From assembly GCA_038998335.1 (NCBI GenBank), contig JAVZHQ010000002.1:64001-128000 (forward strand): a stretch of DNA of 64,000 bases, written 5' to 3'. Shown here piece by piece: positions 50,282 to 60,393 of this stretch; positions within the stretch are counted from its first letter, which is position 1; each line of letters starts with the position of its first letter. The notes beneath the pieces are model-generated. The model was given only the letters and a program-made list of their open reading frames with translations, ran no database searches and had not been told where the DNA came from. The stretch comes from Candidatus Aenigmatarchaeota archaeon. GTDB taxonomy: Archaea > Aenigmatarchaeota > Aenigmatarchaeia > CG10238-14 > SCSR01. The position numbers and the translations under genes are program-made.

Positions 50282-50707
50282 ATGGGAAGAGGCTTATTTG
50301 CAGCAAGGAAATTGAAAAAAACAAGAAAAAAAATGAAGTGGAAAGATATACACTACAAAAGAAGAATCTTGCAACTATGGAAAAAAGATCCTTTGGAAGG
50401 AGCCCCCCAAGCTAGAGGAATAGTTATCGATAAGCGTGGAGTAGAGCAAAGAAAACCAGCTTCAGGATTAATTAAGGCTGTAAGAGTTCAATTACTTAAA
50501 AATAACGTTCAAGTTACTGCTCATGTTCCTGGAGAAGGAGCGATAGACATAATTAACGAGCATGATGAGGTACTTATAGAAAGTATAGGCGGTGCGCAAG
50601 GCGGGCCAAAAGGAAGTATGTGGGGAATTAAGTATAAAGTTGTTAAGGTAAACGGAGTTGCTTTAAGTGAAATTTTAGCTGGAAAGAAACAAAAGCCTAC
50701 TAGGTAA
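50282..50707 (+). CDS. rps12: 30S ribosomal protein uS12 (divergent decoding motifs)
   Basis: 'GLFAARKL', '[13 protein letters not shown]', 'VRVQLLKN', 'EHDEVLI'; operon position. Confidence 0.96.
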   Translation: MGRGLFAARKLKKTRKKMKWKDIHYKRRILQLWKKDPLEGAPQARGIVIDKRGVEQRKPASGLIKAVRVQLLKNNVQVTAHVPGEGAIDIINEHDEVLIESIGGAQGGPKGSMWGIKYKVVKVNGVALSEILAGKKQKPTR

Positions 50708-50712
50708 AAAAT

Positions 50713-51312
50713 ATGGAATTAAAAATTTTTGGAAAATGGAGCACAGAAGGAGTAGAAGTTAAAGACCCTGGTTTAGCAAAATACATAAACCTCAAGCCAG
50801 TTATCGTCCCTCGCTCAGGAGGGAAGTATGCCAAACAACAATTTCATAAATCAAAAATGAATATTGTTGAAAGATTTATGAACAAACTTATGGTTCCTGG
50901 TCATAGAGGAAAAAAGCATGTTACTAGTTCTGGTCATTGTGTGGGAAAAACTTCTGTTCAGTACAAAATTGTTAAAGAAGTTTTTGAAAGAATCGAACAA
51001 ATAACTAAAAAAAATCCTATAGAAGTTTTAGTCGGAGCCATAGAAAACGCTGCCTTGAGAGAAGAAATAACCTCTTATCAGCTTGGAGGAATAATCGTTA
51101 GAAGAGCTGTGGTTACAAGCCCGCAGAGAAGGGTTGATTTAGCTTTAAGAAACATAGTCCAAGCAGCTTATAGAAAAGCTTTTGGGAAGAAGGAAAATAT
51201 GATTGATGCTTTGGTAAATGAAATAATTGCTGCATACAATAACGACGCTAGCAAAAGTGAAGCAATAAAGGAAAAGGAAAGGATAGAAAGGGAGGCAGAA
51301 GGTGCAAGATGA
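50713..51312 (+). CDS. rps7: 30S ribosomal protein uS7
   Basis: 'IVERFMNKLM', 'AIENAALREE', 'SPQRRVDLALR'. Confidence 0.97.
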   Translation: MELKIFGKWSTEGVEVKDPGLAKYINLKPVIVPRSGGKYAKQQFHKSKMNIVERFMNKLMVPGHRGKKHVTSSGHCVGKTSVQYKIVKEVFERIEQITKKNPIEVLVGAIENAALREEITSYQLGGIIVRRAVVTSPQRRVDLALRNIVQAAYRKAFGKKENMIDALVNEIIAAYNNDASKSEAIKEKERIEREAEGAR

Positions 51313-51407
51313 ATTTTTGAACCATTAATCTTTAAAACCATTTCTAAAGGATTAATAATAAATATGCGACTTTCCAAAATTTAGAAATTAACTTAAAGGT
51401 GAAAAAA

Positions 51408-53600
51408 ATGGCAAAGAAAGAGATGATTGAAAGGATCAAAGAAGCGATGAAAGATCCAGCAAGAATAAGAAATGTTGCAACAAGCTCTCATGTACATCAT
51501 GGGAAAACTGCTTTAACTGATAACTTGATGGCTGGAGCAGGAATGTTAGCAGAAGAAATGGCAGGAAAAGTAATGTACACTTGGTTTGATGAACAAGAGA
51601 GAAGAAGACAACTAACAATTTATGGAGCAAACGTTTCCATGGTTCATGAGTATGAAGGTAAAGATTATTTAATTAACTTAGTCGATACTCCTGGTCATGT
51701 GGATTTTGGTGGTGATGTTACTAGAGCAATGCGTGCTGTTGACGGCACAATAGTTCTTGTATGCGCAGTTGAGGGAATAATGCCGCAAACAGAAACAGTT
51801 TTCAGACAAGCTTTGAGAGAATACGTTAAGCCAGTTTTATTCATTAACAAGACCGACAGGCTGATAAAAGAGTTAAAATTATCACCAGAAGACATGCAAA
51901 AAAGGTTTGAAGAAATTATTCGTGATGTTAATATTCTGATTCAAAAGTATGCCCCTGAAGAGTTTAAGAATAAATGGTTAGTAAGCGTTGCAAATGGTAG
52001 TGTAGCGTTTGGTTCAGCAACTAAAAGATGGGCTATTTCTATCCCATACATGCAAAAAACTGGAATAACTTTTAAGGAGATTATTGAACTCACATTAGCT
52101 GGAAAGGAAGATGAGCTAGCAAAAAAAGCTCCTCTACATCAAGTTGTTTTAGACATGATTATTAAACATTTACCAAATCCTTTAGAAGCTCAGAGGTATA
52201 GGCTATCAAAAATTTGGAAAGGAGATTTAGAATCAGAAATAGGGAAGCAAATGTTAGCATGCGATGCAAACGGAAGACTTGCTGCAATAGTCACAAAAGT
52301 AGTTCCTGACCCACATGTAGGTTTTGTTGCAACAGCAAGAATTTTCTCAGGAAAAGTTTACAAAGGAAAGGACGTTTACTTGATAAACCAGCATAAACAA
52401 GAAAAAATTCAGCAAGTTGCTGTTTACAAAGGAATATTGAGAATTCCTGTTGAAGAAGTTACTGCAGGAAACATCGCTGCAATAGTTGGAATTCCTGAAG
52501 CTTTCACAGGAGAAACTGTTTGTGAACCAGACAATATAATAGAACCTTTTGAAGAAATAAAGCATCTGTTTGAGCCTGTAGTGACAAAAGCTATTGAGCC
52601 AAAAAATCCTATGGAATTACCAAAGCTTGTTGAAGCTTTAAAGAGAATTGGAAAGGAGGATGCTGTTTTGCAAGTGAAAATAAATCAAGAAACAGGAGAA
52701 TACCTTGTTTCTGGCTTAGGTGAACTTCATCTGGAGGCAAAAGTTGAGAATAAGCTTAAAGAAATGGGAATAGAAGTTGAGATGAGTAAGCCTATAGTTG
52801 TTTATAGAGAAACAATTTTTGATAAGTCTCCTACTATTGAAGGAAAAAGCCCAAACAAGCATAATAGATTTTACATAATGGTTGAACCTTTGGAAGAAAA
52901 AATATACCAAGCTATGAAAGAAGGAGAAATTCCAAGCACAGTAGAAGTTAAAACTAAAATGTTAGACTTGTTCAAAAAACTTTCTAACTTAGGAATGGAT
53001 TATGACGAGGCAAAAAGAATAGTTGTAATTTACAATAAAAACATGTTTATCGACTTAACAAAAGGTGTGCAATTTATGAATGAAGTTATAGAAATGGTTA
53101 AAGATGCTTTTAAGGAAGTTATGGATGATGGACCATTAGCAAGAGAACCTTGCACTAAAGTGAAAGTTAAGCTTGTAGATGCTGAGCTTCATGAAGACCC
53201 TGTGCATAGAGGCCCAGGACAAATAATGCCTGCTGTAAGGTATGCTATAAGGCAGGGAATGCTTAAAGCTAACGCTACCTTGCTTGAACCTAAACAAATA
53301 ATAAGGATTGATGTACCTACTGAGCTAATGGGCGAGGCTACAAGAGAAGTTGAGAACAGAAGAGGGCAAATTTTAGACATGAAAGAAGAGAGGGGGGCAA
53401 GCGTTATAATAGCAAAGGTTCCTGTTTCTGACATGTTTGGTTTTGATGCTAGCTTAAAATCTGCAACCTCAGGAAGAGGATTTTATAGCTTGATAGAAAC
53501 AGTTTTTGAAAAATTACCGAATGAACTAAGAGACGAAGTAATAAAAAGCATAAGGAAGAGAAAAGGTCTACCTGAAGAAATTCCTAAACCTGAAGTATAG
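51408..53600 (+). CDS. fusA: Elongation factor 2
   Basis: 'HVHHGKT', DTPGHVDF, NKTD, diphthamide loop 'HEDPVHRGPGQ'. Confidence 0.98.
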   Translation: MAKKEMIERIKEAMKDPARIRNVATSSHVHHGKTALTDNLMAGAGMLAEEMAGKVMYTWFDEQERRRQLTIYGANVSMVHEYEGKDYLINLVDTPGHVDFGGDVTRAMRAVDGTIVLVCAVEGIMPQTETVFRQALREYVKPVLFINKTDRLIKELKLSPEDMQKRFEEIIRDVNILIQKYAPEEFKNKWLVSVANGSVAFGSATKRWAISIPYMQKTGITFKEIIELTLAGKEDELAKKAPLHQVVLDMIIKHLPNPLEAQRYRLSKIWKGDLESEIGKQMLACDANGRLAAIVTKVVPDPHVGFVATARIFSGKVYKGKDVYLINQHKQEKIQQVAVYKGILRIPVEEVTAGNIAAIVGIPEAFTGETVCEPDNIIEPFEEIKHLFEPVVTKAIEPKNPMELPKLVEALKRIGKEDAVLQVKINQETGEYLVSGLGELHLEAKVENKLKEMGIEVEMSKPIVVYRETIFDKSPTIEGKSPNKHNRFYIMVEPLEEKIYQAMKEGEIPSTVEVKTKMLDLFKKLSNLGMDYDEAKRIVVIYNKNMFIDLTKGVQFMNEVIEMVKDAFKEVMDDGPLAREPCTKVKVKLVDAELHEDPVHRGPGQIMPAVRYAIRQGMLKANATLLEPKQIIRIDVPTELMGEATREVENRRGQILDMKEERGASVIIAKVPVSDMFGFDASLKSATSGRGFYSLIETVFEKLPNELRDEVIKSIRKRKGLPEEIPKPEV

Positions 53601-53685
53601 TATTCGCTGATTTCGTCTGTTAAAGTGAAAAAGTTTAAATATATTTAAATACTCAATTTAAATTTAAGTTAGTGGGGGTGAATTG

Positions 53686-54963
53686 ATGCCTGCAAAACCA
53701 CACATAAACATAATGACTGCAGGACATGTTGATGCTGGTAAATCAACTCTTATAGGAAGATTACTATACGAAACTGGAGCCATAAGAGATGAAGAATTAA
53801 GAAAGTTAAAGGAATTGGCTACTCAACTTAAGAAAGAAACTTTCGAATATGCTTTTGTTATGGACAAGCTTAAAGAGGAAAGAGAAAGAGGTTTAACAAT
53901 AGATATAATGCATCGCCCTTTTGAAACACAAAAATGGTTTTTCACTATAATCGACTGTCCTGGTCATAGAGATTTTGTTAAAAATATGATAACTGGAGCA
54001 AGCCAAGCAGATGCTGCCATTTTTGTTATTTCAGCAAAGGAAGGAGAAGGTGTGCAAGAACAAACAAAAGAGCATGCTTGGCTCATGAAAGTTCTTGGAA
54101 TTAAACAAATTATTGTTGTTTTGAACAAAATGGATACGGTAAACTATGACGAAAAAAGGTTTAACGAAGTAAAAGAGGAAGCAATAAAGTTGCTTAAAAC
54201 TATTGGTTACAAAGTTGAAGAAATTCCTTTCATTCCAATTTCAGCTTACCATGGAGATAATGTTACTAAGAAATCTGATAAAACGCCTTGGTATAAAGGT
54301 CCTACCTTAGTTGAAGCCTTAGACACTTACATAAAAGAGCCAGAAAAACCTGTTGGAAAGCCATTAAGAATTCCAATCCAAGATGTTTACAGCATAACAG
54401 GAGTTGGTACTGTTCCAGTAGGGAGGGTTGAAACAGGAGTTTTAAAAGTTGGCGACACTCTAGTTTTTGAACCACCAGGAGTAAAAGGTGAAGTTAAATC
54501 TATAGAAATTCACCATCAACCAATTCAAGAAGCTAAACCAGGAGATAATGTTGGGTTTAATGTAAGAGGAGTGAGCAAAACCGATATAAAGAGAGGGGAT
54601 GTAGCAGGCCATCCTGACAACCCTCCAACTGTAGCAAAAGAGTTTACTGCACAAATTGTTGTTTTGCAACATCCAACAGTAATTAGTGCTGGTTATACTC
54701 CAGTTTTTCACTGTCATACTGCTTCAGTAGCTTGTACTATTACTGAAATAATTGCAAAGATTGACCCAAGAACAGGTGCAGTAATTCAGGAAAAACCTGA
54801 TTTCATAAAAACTGGAGATGCAGCAAAGATTAGAGTTGTTCCTACCAAACCAATGGTTATTGAGAAGCAATCTGACTTTCCTGAGTTGGCAAGGTTTGCT
54901 ATTCGTGACATGGGAATTACAGTAGCTGCTGGAGTTTGCTTGGATGTAGTAAAGGCCAAGTAG
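53686..54963 (+). CDS. tuf: Elongation factor 1-alpha; last codons supplied by the integrated element
   Basis: [29 protein letters not shown], 'RFAIRDMG'. Confidence 0.98.
   Translation: MPAKPHINIMTAGHVDAGKSTLIGRLLYETGAIRDEELRKLKELATQLKKETFEYAFVMDKLKEERERGLTIDIMHRPFETQKWFFTIIDCPGHRDFVKNMITGASQADAAIFVISAKEGEGVQEQTKEHAWLMKVLGIKQIIVVLNKMDTVNYDEKRFNEVKEEAIKLLKTIGYKVEEIPFIPISAYHGDNVTKKSDKTPWYKGPTLVEALDTYIKEPEKPVGKPLRIPIQDVYSITGVGTVPVGRVETGVLKVGDTLVFEPPGVKGEVKSIEIHHQPIQEAKPGDNVGFNVRGVSKTDIKRGDVAGHPDNPPTVAKEFTAQIVVLQHPTVISAGYTPVFHCHTASVACTITEIIAKIDPRTGAVIQEKPDFIKTGDAAKIRVVPTKPMVIEKQSDFPELARFAIRDMGITVAAGVCLDVVKAK
54944..54963 (+). repeat. attL direct repeat (replacement tuf 3' end)
   Basis: ATGTAGTAAAGGCCAAGTAG, 17/20 identical to 62202-62221; encodes VVKAK-stop. 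Confidence 0.9.
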
Positions 54964-54980
54964 TTATTTAGTATTATTTC
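54960..54980 (+). repeat. Left 21-bp inverted repeat of the element
   Basis: GTAGTTATTTAGTATTATTTC is the exact reverse complement of 62172-62192. Confidence 0.95.
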
Positions 54981-55049
54981 CCTGGCTCTTTTTTATTATT
55001 TTATTAGGCTGAGGCTTTATAAAGCTTGTGGTTAATTCTATTAATTGAT

Positions 55050-55421
55050 ATGGTTACATCTAAAAAAATACTAGAGATTAAAATAAAAAGAGATTGGTAT
55101 GATTATGTTATGCTAATCTTGGTGGGGATTGGTACCTTTAGCGCATTATTTGGCGTGACTATACAAGTTCCAAAAATACAAGGCGCATTAGAAAATATTA
55201 GCAAATCATATAATGCAAGTTTAAGTGAAAGATTATCAATCAAAGAAACTTTTACGACATGTGTCACGCATGCAAAAACACCACACATAACAGAATGCTA
55301 TACATGCAATGAATACCCCATAGAACAAATTAATGCAATTCTGCGTGTGTGCAATATAGAAATAACAGACTCTCTTACTAATACAACAAACAAAACACAA
55401 AAACTCGAATTAATAAAATAG
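55050..55421 (+). CDS. Element-encoded membrane-anchored hypothetical protein
   Basis: One TM near the N-terminus, four Cys in the soluble part. Confidence 0.6.
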   Translation: MVTSKKILEIKIKRDWYDYVMLILVGIGTFSALFGVTIQVPKIQGALENISKSYNASLSERLSIKETFTTCVTHAKTPHITECYTCNEYPIEQINAILRVCNIEITDSLTNTTNKTQKLELIK

Positions 55422-55505
55422 AAAAAATGTTTAAATTTCCATATTTTTTATTTCTCCTTTCCTTTATTATAAAATTATTTTTTTTCAGTCTTTTGGTTGA
55501 AGAAT

Positions 55506-55739
55506 CTAATACATTGAGCTTTGTTGAGTTGCTAAATATATGAAAACAACAACTACAATAAAAACTACAACTATACAAATAAATAGAAATATATTACCCG
55601 TAGATATGAAGAAATCACCGGTTCCGGGTAAAATAGCATTCATTGTCCTACCCAAAACATTGCCAAAATAAGCCAATAAACCTAACGCTAATATTATTGA
55701 ACCCATTATTCCTAGCACCACCCATATATTTATTTCCAT
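55506..55739 (-). CDS. Element-encoded small two-TM protein
   Basis: 77 aa, two hydrophobic helices. Confidence 0.6.
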   Translation of the reverse strand: MEINIWVVLGIMGSIILALGLLAYFGNVLGRTMNAILPGTGDFFISTGNIFLFICIVVVFIVVVVFIYLATQQSSMY

Positions 55740-55793
55740 ATCTCATGAGATGAAATCAAAAATATTTATTTTTATTCTTTGTTAATTGAATTA

Positions 55794-56210
55794 TTAACAC
55801 TTACCAATAGTAGTAGTAATAGTATATCCTCTTTCAATCATCTTGCTGACTAACTCTTCTAAACTTACCCACTTCCTTTTCTTATTGCCTACCAAAAGAT
55901 AGCACACGCACTCAACGATGTCTCTTGCTACACTATTATCTCTACTACTATTACTATCTACTATTACATTTGGCCCCATTATCTCTACTACTTTATCCAG
56001 CGCAAACTGAGGATTTCTCATGTAGCTTCTAAGAAAAGGTAAGGTTAATCTTATACCGGCTTCTGTCACTACTAAAACATTATTAAGGTATAACTCGTTT
56101 ACTATTTCTTCTATTTGTTGTAAACTTATTGAAATACTCATCGAATCACCGCATTGCTTAATAATCGCATCCTTAGAACGATGCCGTGAGAGGCTCTTCT
56201 TTCGCACCAA
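55794..56210 (-). CDS. Element-encoded hypothetical protein
   Basis: 138 aa ORF (true start may be MSISIS at 56141). Confidence 0.55.
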   Translation of the reverse strand: MVRKKSLSRHRSKDAIIKQCGDSMSISISLQQIEEIVNELYLNNVLVVTEAGIRLTLPFLRSYMRNPQFALDKVVEIMGPNVIVDSNSSRDNSVARDIVECVCYLLVGNKKRKWVSLEELVSKMIERGYTITTTIGKC

Positions 56211-56407
56211 CCGTTTTTAACCCATAATGAAAGAATTTGTCTACCTATTCTCCAACAAATCTTTCTGTGACTAAACCAGAATCTTATATAGCTATAATTT
56301 ATCACTTTGTTGGGTGTTGTGTAGAAAGCGGGCAACTCCTCTAAAAATTTCTCAAACAAATATTTGGCATATTTGTTCTCCATATGATTATTAACCATTA
56401 GAATCAC
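56138..56407 (-). CDS. Element-encoded small basic hypothetical protein
   Basis: 89 aa ORF in the same leftward run. Confidence 0.5.
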   Translation of the reverse strand: MILMVNNHMENKYAKYLFEKFLEELPAFYTTPNKVINYSYIRFWFSHRKICWRIGRQILSLWVKNGWCERRASHGIVLRMRLLSNAVIR

Positions 56408-56482
56408 CCCGATTTCCAGATGAAGGTGATTCCTTCCACCATTTTCTTAGGACCTTAACATATTCTGGCAGGTTGTCTTCAT

Positions 56483-56617
56483 TCATTTTCTCTCACCTTT
56501 TCGCAATTCTTTCTCAAGAAGAACTCTTATAAAACCTGAAAAAGTTGAACCTCGTTTGTAGGCTTTCTTTTTTGCTTTTTCCTTCAAACTTTTCGGTATT
56601 GAAATTGTAGCCCTCAT
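56483..56617 (-). CDS. Ribbon-helix-helix (CopG-like) protein, 44 aa; absent from ORF track
   Basis: Manual translation MRATISIPKSLKEKAKKKAYKRGSTFSGFIRVLLEKELRKGERK fits the RHH pattern. Confidence 0.8.
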   Translation of the reverse strand: MRATISIPKSLKEKAKKKAYKRGSTFSGFIRVLLEKELRKGERK

Positions 56618-56722
56618 GGCGCAAATTTAAGTAATCTAATGTTAAATTCGGGTAGGTATCAAAAAATGATACTACTTATCTCAACAATTATTTAAAAATA
56701 GTTACGCCGAAATTATTTTTAG

Positions 56723-57088
56723 ATGTTTAAAAAGTTTAAAATAAAAATATTAGAGTTGCTCGTAAAAAATTCTGTAAACTCTTTTGAAAAAGCAATTAGA
56801 ATGGATGTTTATGAAGAAAGGTTAATGAAAGAGATTGGAATTGAAAATAAAACTTACTTCTATAAGATATTGTACGAAATGGAGAGAGGAAAGGCTATAA
56901 CAAGAGTCGCTCACGGCCCAACGAACCGTGTTTATGTTTATATGACACCGAGTCAATACGAGCGGGTTAAAAAACTACTTCCTATTCTGAATGATTTAGA
57001 ACTTGTTTTAGGTCTTATTTTAGTTTCGAATAAAGACATTAATAGGATTGTGGATACACTATTGCAAAAAATTTACGAAAAGTCTTGA
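56723..57088 (+). CDS. Winged-helix (MarR-like) DNA-binding protein
   Basis: 'KTYFYKILYEMERGKAITRV...NRVYVYMT'; divergent from the RHH gene. Confidence 0.65.
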   Translation: MFKKFKIKILELLVKNSVNSFEKAIRMDVYEERLMKEIGIENKTYFYKILYEMERGKAITRVAHGPTNRVYVYMTPSQYERVKKLLPILNDLELVLGLILVSNKDINRIVDTLLQKIYEKS

Positions 57089-57283
57089 AATTCTGCAAAA
57101 GTGCTTTATTTTAAGTAGATATAATTTTTAAAGTAAGAATAAGAAATTTTTGAATCTTTTAACAAATCTTTAAGAGTAAATCTTTCTAAAATACCAAGTT
57201 TATCCAAATCTTTGACTTTTTCGAGAAATTCTTTAGATTTTGAGATAAATAGTATATAAAAATTTCATACCATAAATTAAATT

Positions 57284-57511
57284 ATGAGAGGCGAGCTCAT
57301 GGAATTAAGTTGTCCATTCTGTGACAGGGGGAAAATAGAAGTCTGGTATATTCCAAGCTATATTAAAATTAGAAGAATATCTGGCTCATTTGGTAAGGGT
57401 CACGCCTTTTCTAAAAGTGCTGATATTTGGATAGTAAAATCAGGTTGTCCTGTTTGTGGTAAATCACCAAATGAAGTAGAAAGAGAATTAAAACGAAAGA
57501 GAATAATTTAG
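57284..57511 (+). CDS. Small zinc-finger protein
   Basis: CPFC and CPVCG; likely start MELSC at 57299. Confidence 0.75.
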   Translation: MRGELMELSCPFCDRGKIEVWYIPSYIKIRRISGSFGKGHAFSKSADIWIVKSGCPVCGKSPNEVERELKRKRII

Positions 57512-57521
57512 GTTATAAATT

Positions 57522-58187
57522 ATGTCAGAAATTGACAAACAATCTAAAATAATTTTAAAAAATGGAGAAATTTTATGTTCTTTACCAATTACTGCTCATA
57601 CAAGTAAAATCAGAGTAAAGAGAAATGGAGAACCTTTAGCCACGCGTCAAAAAAATCTTCTTGATAGTGACTTGATAGAATGGCAAATTTCTTACTATAA
57701 ACCAAATACAAACAAAGAACTTTTTGAAATTGGGTTGATGTTAAAAATTGCTTATGAAAATGGAATTATTTCTAGAGAAGAATTAAAAAATATTAAGGAA
57801 TATGTCAAGAAAGTTGATAAAACTTTCTTTGAGAGTTATTCTTTTAGAGTTGAGAAGTTAGAAGAAAATTTTTATGATTTTATGGTGATGTTGAGAGAAT
57901 TTCCCTTTCTTCGTAAATTTTTTAGCGATGGTTGCTCTTTAGAAATAGAAATAAAACACAAGCAAAAAGCTGTCGGGTTTCAACCTATGCTTTATATTTT
58001 TATTCCTTTAAAAAATGTAGTTTCAGAAAATGAGAATAATTTAATCGGAAGAAAAGCAAGGCCAAAAGAAAGAGTGATTTGGAAACCTAATAAAATACAT
58101 ATAATTGAAACAATTAAGGCATTTGCTATAGCTTCTAAGACTCATCTGAATGATATCAAAGAAATTCTTAACAGGATTGAATCCTAA
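57522..58187 (+). CDS. R.PabI-family (HALFPIPE) restriction enzyme / restriction DNA glycosylase
   Basis: Motifs 'LPIT...KIRVKR', 'IEWQISY', 'KHKQKAVGFQPMLYIFIP' match my recollection of the PabI family; convergent with methyltransferases. Confidence 0.75.
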   Translation: MSEIDKQSKIILKNGEILCSLPITAHTSKIRVKRNGEPLATRQKNLLDSDLIEWQISYYKPNTNKELFEIGLMLKIAYENGIISREELKNIKEYVKKVDKTFFESYSFRVEKLEENFYDFMVMLREFPFLRKFFSDGCSLEIEIKHKQKAVGFQPMLYIFIPLKNVVSENENNLIGRKARPKERVIWKPNKIHIIETIKAFAIASKTHLNDIKEILNRIES

Positions 58188-59310
58188 ACTCTAAAATATC
58201 ACTTTTTTTAATTGATTTGCTACCAACCCTAAAAGTTAGGTTTTTGAAATGTTCTTGATTTTCATTTAGTATTCTGCATATTTTTTCCTTAAGTTCTTTA
58301 TCTTTGTCATATTTTTCTTTAAACTTAAACACATAAAACATGTCATTCAAAACATCTTTCTTTATGTTTATTAATCCAGCCCTACCGACACTTGTATTAC
58401 CAACTCTAACGATAGCTAGATAATAATCTGAGACATTTTCACCTACAGGGATTTCAATTTTTTCTGTTATGTTTGAACCAGAAACATTATTATTCGTGTA
58501 GGATTTTTTATAATAAACTTTTTCATTTGATAAAAACTCATATAATGGAATTCCCTTAAGGCATACATTTTTCTTGTATAAGAATGATTTTGGTATAAGC
58601 TCTTCAGTTAATAGATTGGACTTATCTAATATTTCCTCGACCTTCCTACCCTCTTCATAAATAAGAATTATTTTATCTTTAAACTTTTCAACATTAGTAA
58701 ATATGGCAAAACAGCATGGTATGGGCTCATCGACCCATTTTTTATTGTTTTGATACACTATAATGGTAGAAAATCTATTTAGAATTTCTCTTTTAACTTC
58801 CAAATTTTTTCCTTTTATAAAAAAGGAAATTGGTAGAACAAAACCAATAGTCGAATTTTCATCTTTTAAATGTTTAATAGACTTAAGAATAAAGACATTC
58901 TCTATTTGTATTTTCTCTTTTTTAACCAATTTTTTTGTTAGGTATTCTTTGGGGTGAATAGGACTATTAAAATATTTTTTTGGAAAGTAGTAGCTTTCCT
59001 TTATGTTATATTTCGTGAAAGGCGGGTTACCTATAATTAGGTCAAATTTTTTATCTAAAGGGTAAAGGAAAAAGTCACAAGGTTGCTTTGTGAATTGTGG
59101 GTCAATCTCACAACCTTCTATGTTATTAAATCCTTTCTTTTTAAGAATTTTTATAAAATTACCTGTTCCAAAGGAGGGCTCTAAAATCTGAATTTTTTTA
59201 TCATATTTTTTAAATTTCAGAATTAAATCTATAACTTTTTTTACTATTTCCTTTCTTGTAAAATATTGACCTAAAATGAATTTTTTATTTATTTTCAAAT
59301 TTATCACCAT
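58168..59310 (-). CDS. N6-adenine DNA methyltransferase, gamma class
   Basis: 'GQYFT', motif I 'LEPSFGTG' before motif IV 'GNPPF'. Confidence 0.9.
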   Translation of the reverse strand: MVINLKINKKFILGQYFTRKEIVKKVIDLILKFKKYDKKIQILEPSFGTGNFIKILKKKGFNNIEGCEIDPQFTKQPCDFFLYPLDKKFDLIIGNPPFTKYNIKESYYFPKKYFNSPIHPKEYLTKKLVKKEKIQIENVFILKSIKHLKDENSTIGFVLPISFFIKGKNLEVKREILNRFSTIIVYQNNKKWVDEPIPCCFAIFTNVEKFKDKIILIYEEGRKVEEILDKSNLLTEELIPKSFLYKKNVCLKGIPLYEFLSNEKVYYKKSYTNNNVSGSNITEKIEIPVGENVSDYYLAIVRVGNTSVGRAGLINIKKDVLNDMFYVFKFKEKYDKDKELKEKICRILNENQEHFKNLTFRVGSKSIKKSDILEFRIQSC

Positions 59311-59951
59311 ATATTAGCCAATCTTTTATTGGCAAGTTTAACATACTTTGGATTAATTTCAAATCCTATAAAATTTCGATTGAGTTGTTTACAGGCGATA
59401 GCTGTGCTTCCACTTCCAATAAAAGGGTCTAAGATTAAATCATTTTCTTTGGTGAACATTATCAGTATATCTCGAATAAAATGCTTGGGTTTAGGTGTAG
59501 GGTGGTCTATATAGCCTTCATCAGGTTCGATCATCTTTGTTCCAGCTATATGCTCAAATAAATCTTTATTAGGTTGAATAATTTTCGGGTTTCCTTTCTT
59601 GAAAATGAAGCAAGACATATATTTTGTAATTCCTATTGGAGATTTAACATTTGCTTTTGGAGAATAAAAAATTATTTGCCAAAAGTAGACAAATGGGTTG
59701 TTTATAAATAGTTTTGGTAGAAATTTTGTGCTAAAAAATGTAATGAAGAAACTATTATTTTTTAAAACCCTATAACATTCGGGTAAAATTTTATAGAATG
59801 TGGTTAAATCCTCGTCGTTACGAATTCCCTCTTTTTTCAAGCCGTAAGGTGGGTCTGTGATAATTGCATCTATGGTTTCATCCGGTATCTCTTTAATTAA
59901 TTTTAAAGCATCGCCCAATACTATTTTGTTAATAAATTTGTCGATTGTCAT
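59304..59951 (-). CDS. N4-cytosine/N6-adenine DNA methyltransferase, beta class
   Basis: 'TDPPY', 'HPTPKP', 'LDPFIGSGST'. Confidence 0.92.
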   Translation of the reverse strand: MTIDKFINKIVLGDALKLIKEIPDETIDAIITDPPYGLKKEGIRNDEDLTTFYKILPECYRVLKNNSFFITFFSTKFLPKLFINNPFVYFWQIIFYSPKANVKSPIGITKYMSCFIFKKGNPKIIQPNKDLFEHIAGTKMIEPDEGYIDHPTPKPKHFIRDILIMFTKENDLILDPFIGSGSTAIACKQLNRNFIGFEINPKYVKLANKRLANIW

Positions 59952-60104
59952 TATTCACACCATTTAAACTATGTTATTATCTTTTGATATCCATTTTTTT
60001 CTCAGTTAGCATTATAGTAATATATAACACTACCTATATTTAAAATTTAATAACCCTAACACTAAGGTTATAGATTTATATACTACTAAACACTTAAAGA
60101 ATAT

Positions 60105-60239
60105 ATGGCCAAACGAATTTCTACAAGTATAAAAATAGACCCGGAAATCCTTAAACAAGCAAAACATTATGCAATTGATGAGGGTATTACTTTTTCTGAA
60201 TTGGTAGAAAGAGCATTAAAAAATGAAATAAAAAAATAA
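60105..60239 (+). CDS. Ribbon-helix-helix protein, 44 aa; absent from ORF track
   Basis: Manual translation MAKRISTSIKIDPEILKQAKHYAIDEGITFSELVERALKNEIKK; divergent from the methyltransferases. Confidence 0.8.
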   Translation: MAKRISTSIKIDPEILKQAKHYAIDEGITFSELVERALKNEIKK

Positions 60240-60393
60240 ATTATCCGAAAAAATAGTTCGATTCTTATTTGAATTTTAATATTATCCAAACATTCAAAGA
60301 TGTTCCAAAAGATTTGAGTAGAGAAGCTAAAATCGTTATTGGAACTGCATGGGTTTTATGGAATGAAATACCATATGAGTTTACGATTTGATT

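Noticed and set aside
60269-60391. 40-codon open frame between the RHH and TerS-like genes
   Set aside because: Only a TTG start and no motif; possibly a gene remnant but unsupported.
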